Origin: an uncultured Lentisphaerales bacterium
Lineage (GTDB): Bacteria; Verrucomicrobiota; Lentisphaeria; JABSQK01; UBA12247
Reading direction: 5' to 3'
Assembly (NCBI GenBank): GCA_943788985.1
Contig: CALSSJ010000022.1
Span: 96,001-160,000, forward strand
Length of the DNA stretch: 64,000 nt
How positions within the stretch are numbered: position 1 is the stretch's first letter; each line of letters starts with the position of its first letter. The translations under genes were made by a program, and so were the position numbers. Under the pieces are notes generated by a model. It was not told where the DNA came from and searched no databases. It saw only the letters and a program-made list of their open reading frames with translations. This document shows positions 60,848 to 64,000 of this stretch, one piece after another.

Positions 60848-62413
60848 CTAGCGGCTGCCTTTTGCCAGCATTGGAATGGTCTTGAGAATGATCTCAAGAT
60901 CGAATTTTAGAGAGAGATGGCGAATGTAGTACAGCTCGTGCTCGAGCTTGCGTTTCGCGTCCTCTGTGGATGCTCCGTACCGGTAGCGAATCTGGCCCCA
61001 GCCCGTGAGCCCAGGAGGAACCAAGTGGCGCTGGTTGTACATCGGCATTTCCTTTGCCAGTTCCGTGACAAATTCCGGCCGCTCCGGCCGCGGGCCCACC
61101 AAGGACATATCTCCGACAAAAACGTTCCAAAGCTGGGGGATTTCGTCCAACCGGCTGACGCGAAGAAACTTACCCAAACGCGTGACGCGGGGATCATTCT
61201 GAACCGCCCACTGCGCACCGTTCTTTTCGGCATCATTTCGCATTGTTCGAAACTTTAGGATGTTGAAACACTTGCCCCAGCGGCCCACGCGCCGTTGCTT
61301 GAATATCACGGCCCCTGGGCTATCCAGGCGTATGGCGAGCGCCACCAGTGGCCAGAGTGGAAGCGTAAGTATGAGGCCAATGACCGCCCCCGTGACGTCC
61401 AGAATTCTCTTGGCGGCGAAGATCGATGGGTTTCCCGGAAGCGAACGTGCCGAAGCCATCCAATACGGACAGTTGTATTCCAAGGTGATTTCCTTGAAGT
61501 AGAACTCGATGAACGCTCCCATATTCAGAATCTCTACGCCATGCAGGGGCAGTTGCTGCAAACGCACCGCGTTTTGACGATTCAAATTTTGGGCGACGCA
61601 GATCACGACCACATCACAAGGCACGTCAAGCTTGCCCGCAAGAAAGTCTTCGATCGAGCCGACTACTGGCGCGCCGTGCTGAGTACTATCGTACAAGTCA
61701 CCGTCTTGGTCGAGGTAGCCCTGAAGTTTGAAGACCGGAGAGTAGTTGACACGCTTCATGCACTCCTGCCCGGCCTGGCCTGCACCGTAGAGAATTACGT
61801 GAATCGGCTGCATCTGAATCAGGGTTTGGAGCAGGTGGCGTGGCCCGAGGATGCCGACATAAGAAATGGTCACGGTGCCAATGATAATGAACCGGCCGTA
61901 TGGGTTGAGCATCACCAAGCCAGCGATGGTCATGAACAGCACGAATGACACCGCGACTGCCAGTGCCGACGTCGATACCAATTCATAGTTGCTTGCCCGG
62001 CGTTCCGGCATCGGGACGCCGCACATGCGTGAGGAAATCATCAGGATTCCACCATAAAGGCCGCCGACCAAGAAATAATAATACCACTGCGGCTGATTGA
62101 GCAACGTGCCGCTGTCAACACCGAGAATCCGTCCAAGAAAGAAACTAACCTGGCCGCCCAATTCGCTTTTAGGCTGGAAGTACGGGCTCATCTGGAAAGA
62201 AAGGAAGAAAGAGATGAAGCCGATCAAAAAGTCCCAAATCTGCCACCGGGTCCCATGCCGGGAGTGGAGAAGGGCACGGCGGAATGAGCCGCTCTGTGCC
62301 TTCGGGAAGATGGTATCATCTACTGTTTCGATCGTTGATTCGGCCACGAAGCACTCCGGTACGTGCGCACTCCAGTCTTGGGAACACCCCTTTGCTGTGG
62401 CGACTATAGACAC
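60848..62413 (-). CDS. Polyprenyl glycosylphosphotransferase (priming glycosyltransferase, WcaJ/WbaP-like)
   Basis: N-terminal TM helices, CoA-binding-like YGAGQAG, KRILD, KFRTM, DPRVT, DEIPQL, GDMSLVGPRPE, PGLTGWGQ. Confidence 0.93.
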   Translation of the reverse strand: MSIVATAKGCSQDWSAHVPECFVAESTIETVDDTIFPKAQSGSFRRALLHSRHGTRWQIWDFLIGFISFFLSFQMSPYFQPKSELGGQVSFFLGRILGVDSGTLLNQPQWYYYFLVGGLYGGILMISSRMCGVPMPERRASNYELVSTSALAVAVSFVLFMTIAGLVMLNPYGRFIIIGTVTISYVGILGPRHLLQTLIQMQPIHVILYGAGQAGQECMKRVNYSPVFKLQGYLDQDGDLYDSTQHGAPVVGSIEDFLAGKLDVPCDVVVICVAQNLNRQNAVRLQQLPLHGVEILNMGAFIEFYFKEITLEYNCPYWMASARSLPGNPSIFAAKRILDVTGAVIGLILTLPLWPLVALAIRLDSPGAVIFKQRRVGRWGKCFNILKFRTMRNDAEKNGAQWAVQNDPRVTRLGKFLRVSRLDEIPQLWNVFVGDMSLVGPRPERPEFVTELAKEMPMYNQRHLVPPGLTGWGQIRYRYGASTEDAKRKLEHELYYIRHLSLKFDLEIILKTIPMLAKGSR

Positions 62414-62472
62414 ATCCTCTTCGCTTACAAGGAATTTCTTGGCAGCCGGATGCGTAACGTGTTGTTAACGAT

Positions 62473-63288
62473 CTAGCTATGAATTTTCCACTGTGCCAAG
62501 GAATGCCATTGTCCAATTGACAAATGCTCTGCACGAGAGTCTCTAGGAATTTCAAGCGCTTTAAACGCTTCTTCTGCATCGGGGAGTGTAGCCCTCAATA
62601 GCGGCAGTAGGCGCTTCCGACGTTGGCTAAAGCCGGGTGAGAGTAGCGCCTTCAGGGAGGCGAGCTCGTGTCGAGACGGAACGTCTACCTTGCGGCGGAG
62701 TTGCACGATTGCAGAGTCGACCGCTGGTGGGGGCCAAAAAACAGATGGAGAAACTTTGCGTAGCAGCTTTACGTCATAGGCGATCTGCGTACGGACACTG
62801 AGGGTGCCGTAGCTTTTGTTTCCCGAAGGCGCACACAGACGTTCGGCCATTTCGCGCTGCAGTAAAAACTGCATTCCCAACAACCGTTCGGAGAACTCCA
62901 GAAACCGCGCAATTGCAGGCCCACTTACGGAATACGGAAGGTTGGCGATGCACCAACAGTCCTTTGGGATCGCCGCGGCTAAATTCACCCGGCAGATATC
63001 ACCCTCAATCAGTTCAAAGGCGGGGTTGTGCTCGAAGCGTTCCCGCAGAAATTCTGCGAGGCGGCGATCAAATTCGATTGCCGTCACTCGATGGCCAGCT
63101 TCCAGTAATTCGTGCGTCAGAGCACCCGTGCCGGGGCCCACTTCGAGCACTGGCGTAACTGCGGAAATCTGCGGCGCTTGGGCGATCCAGCGCGTCAGGT
63201 TCGGGTCGATCAGGAAGTTCTGGCCAAGCCTCTTGCTCGGTCGGACATCGATCGCGTTCAGCAGGGGGATCAGCTCACTTTTGGTCAC
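62473..63288 (-). CDS. rsmA: 16S rRNA adenine dimethyltransferase
   Basis: KRLGQNFL, LEVGPGTGALT, ANLPY, FWPPPAVDS, QRRK. Confidence 0.97.
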   Translation of the reverse strand: MTKSELIPLLNAIDVRPSKRLGQNFLIDPNLTRWIAQAPQISAVTPVLEVGPGTGALTHELLEAGHRVTAIEFDRRLAEFLRERFEHNPAFELIEGDICRVNLAAAIPKDCWCIANLPYSVSGPAIARFLEFSERLLGMQFLLQREMAERLCAPSGNKSYGTLSVRTQIAYDVKLLRKVSPSVFWPPPAVDSAIVQLRRKVDVPSRHELASLKALLSPGFSQRRKRLLPLLRATLPDAEEAFKALEIPRDSRAEHLSIGQWHSLAQWKIHS

Positions 63289-63305
63289 CGGGTGACTCGC
63301 TGCCT

Positions 63306-64000
63306 CTACTGTTCAAAGTAGGTGCGAATAAAGCACTGATTCCGCAACTTTTTGATGAAGGAGGCATACCGGGTGGTGCGTTCCTGGCTGTATAGCTGCT
63401 GCTCGATACTGTCCCGCACCTCCTCGAAACTCCGGTGCACGGCGGCTCTGACATCGGCCAAATGCACGAACCAGACATCATCGTTCAGCCGCACCGGCCC
63501 CGCGACGTGTCCCTTGGTGTATTCACTGATCATATCAGAGATTTCTGAGCTCAGGTCACTGACCTTCATCCAGCCCATGTCGCCGTCATTCTCGGCGCTG
63601 AAATGCTCAGAATGCTCGCGCACCAGCTTCGAAAAGTCAGTCTCCGTCCGCACTAGGGAGGCGGTCTGCTGAATTCGGGCATCAAAATCGCCTTCGCTTC
63701 CGCCGCCACGTTTAATGATCAATGCTTGTAGCCGAATCTCCGGCGGCGAAGAATAATCGCTGCGATGCTCCTGGTACCATTGCTCGATTTCAATCGGAGC
63801 GACTTGGACCAACGAGTCCACCTCTTGGCTCAGCAACACCTCGACAGCCATGCGCTTCTCCACGGTCTCACGAAAGTCATCGAGCGACTGTCCTTGGTCC
63901 TGAAGAGTGGCGCGAAAGCGCTCCCAGTCCCCGCCGTTACGGTTCACAATTTCATCCAGTCGCTTCTCTATCACGCGTGGAGGAAGCCGAAACCCCTTGC
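63306..64000 (-). CDS. surA: SurA-like parvulin peptidyl-prolyl isomerase (5' end lies outside the window)
   Basis: SurA N-domain-like helices, a rotamase motif (FSKLVREHS...GDMGW) and a C-terminal KLR..FIR; upstream of rsmA. Confidence 0.8.
   Translation of the reverse strand, partial: KGFRLPPRVIEKRLDEIVNRNGGDWERFRATLQDQGQSLDDFRETVEKRMAVEVLLSQEVDSLVQVAPIEIEQWYQEHRSDYSSPPEIRLQALIIKRGGGSEGDFDARIQQTASLVRTETDFSKLVREHSEHFSAENDGDMGWMKVSDLSSEISDMISEYTKGHVAGPVRLNDDVWFVHLADVRAAVHRSFEEVRDSIEQQLYSQERTTRYASFIKKLRNQCFIRTYFEQ

Overview
A moderately GC-rich bacterial chromosome segment from a diderm. The gene neighbourhoods suggest a PVC-superphylum organism, possibly Lentisphaeria; this is inference only. 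From left to right it contains: (1) a Wzy-type capsule/EPS locus at 1-12.2 kb with an OM beta-barrel, a multi-SLBB OPX protein, Wzc, an O-antigen ligase/polymerase-like protein, a conserved hypothetical, a beta-helix enzyme and a GT4; (2) tlyA, uppS, a REC-adenylate cyclase and a broken GT; (3) a truncated dcw cluster (mraZ-rsmH-ftsL-ftsI) followed by a metallophosphoesterase; (4) HU, STAS, skp, lpxD and a REC-Ser/Thr kinase; (5) a 15.7-kb minus-strand cluster of three very large acidic secreted proteins and one OM beta-barrel, carrying cohesin-like and dockerin-like modules; (6) serA, a prenyltransferase-repeat protein and tRNA-Gln(CUG); (7) nfeD-floA-yqfB-plsY-gpsA-murA; (8) a large secreted beta-helix protein, ctpA, a fused peptide ABC ATPase, a small orphan protein, ftsB, an AT-rich intergenic region with DnaA-box-like repeats, holB, tmk, a NodIJ-like ABC pair, a priming glycosyltransferase, rsmA and a partial surA. 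Several accessory genes carry single-base frameshifts that look like long-read errors. The best candidate for an undescribed system is the cohesin/dockerin-like surface-protein cluster at 25.1-40.8 kb, together with a C-terminal duplicated GWNL module shared by unrelated secreted proteins (candidate sorting signal). No CRISPR, rRNA or mobile element was seen. All domain calls are by eye from motifs; no searches were run.
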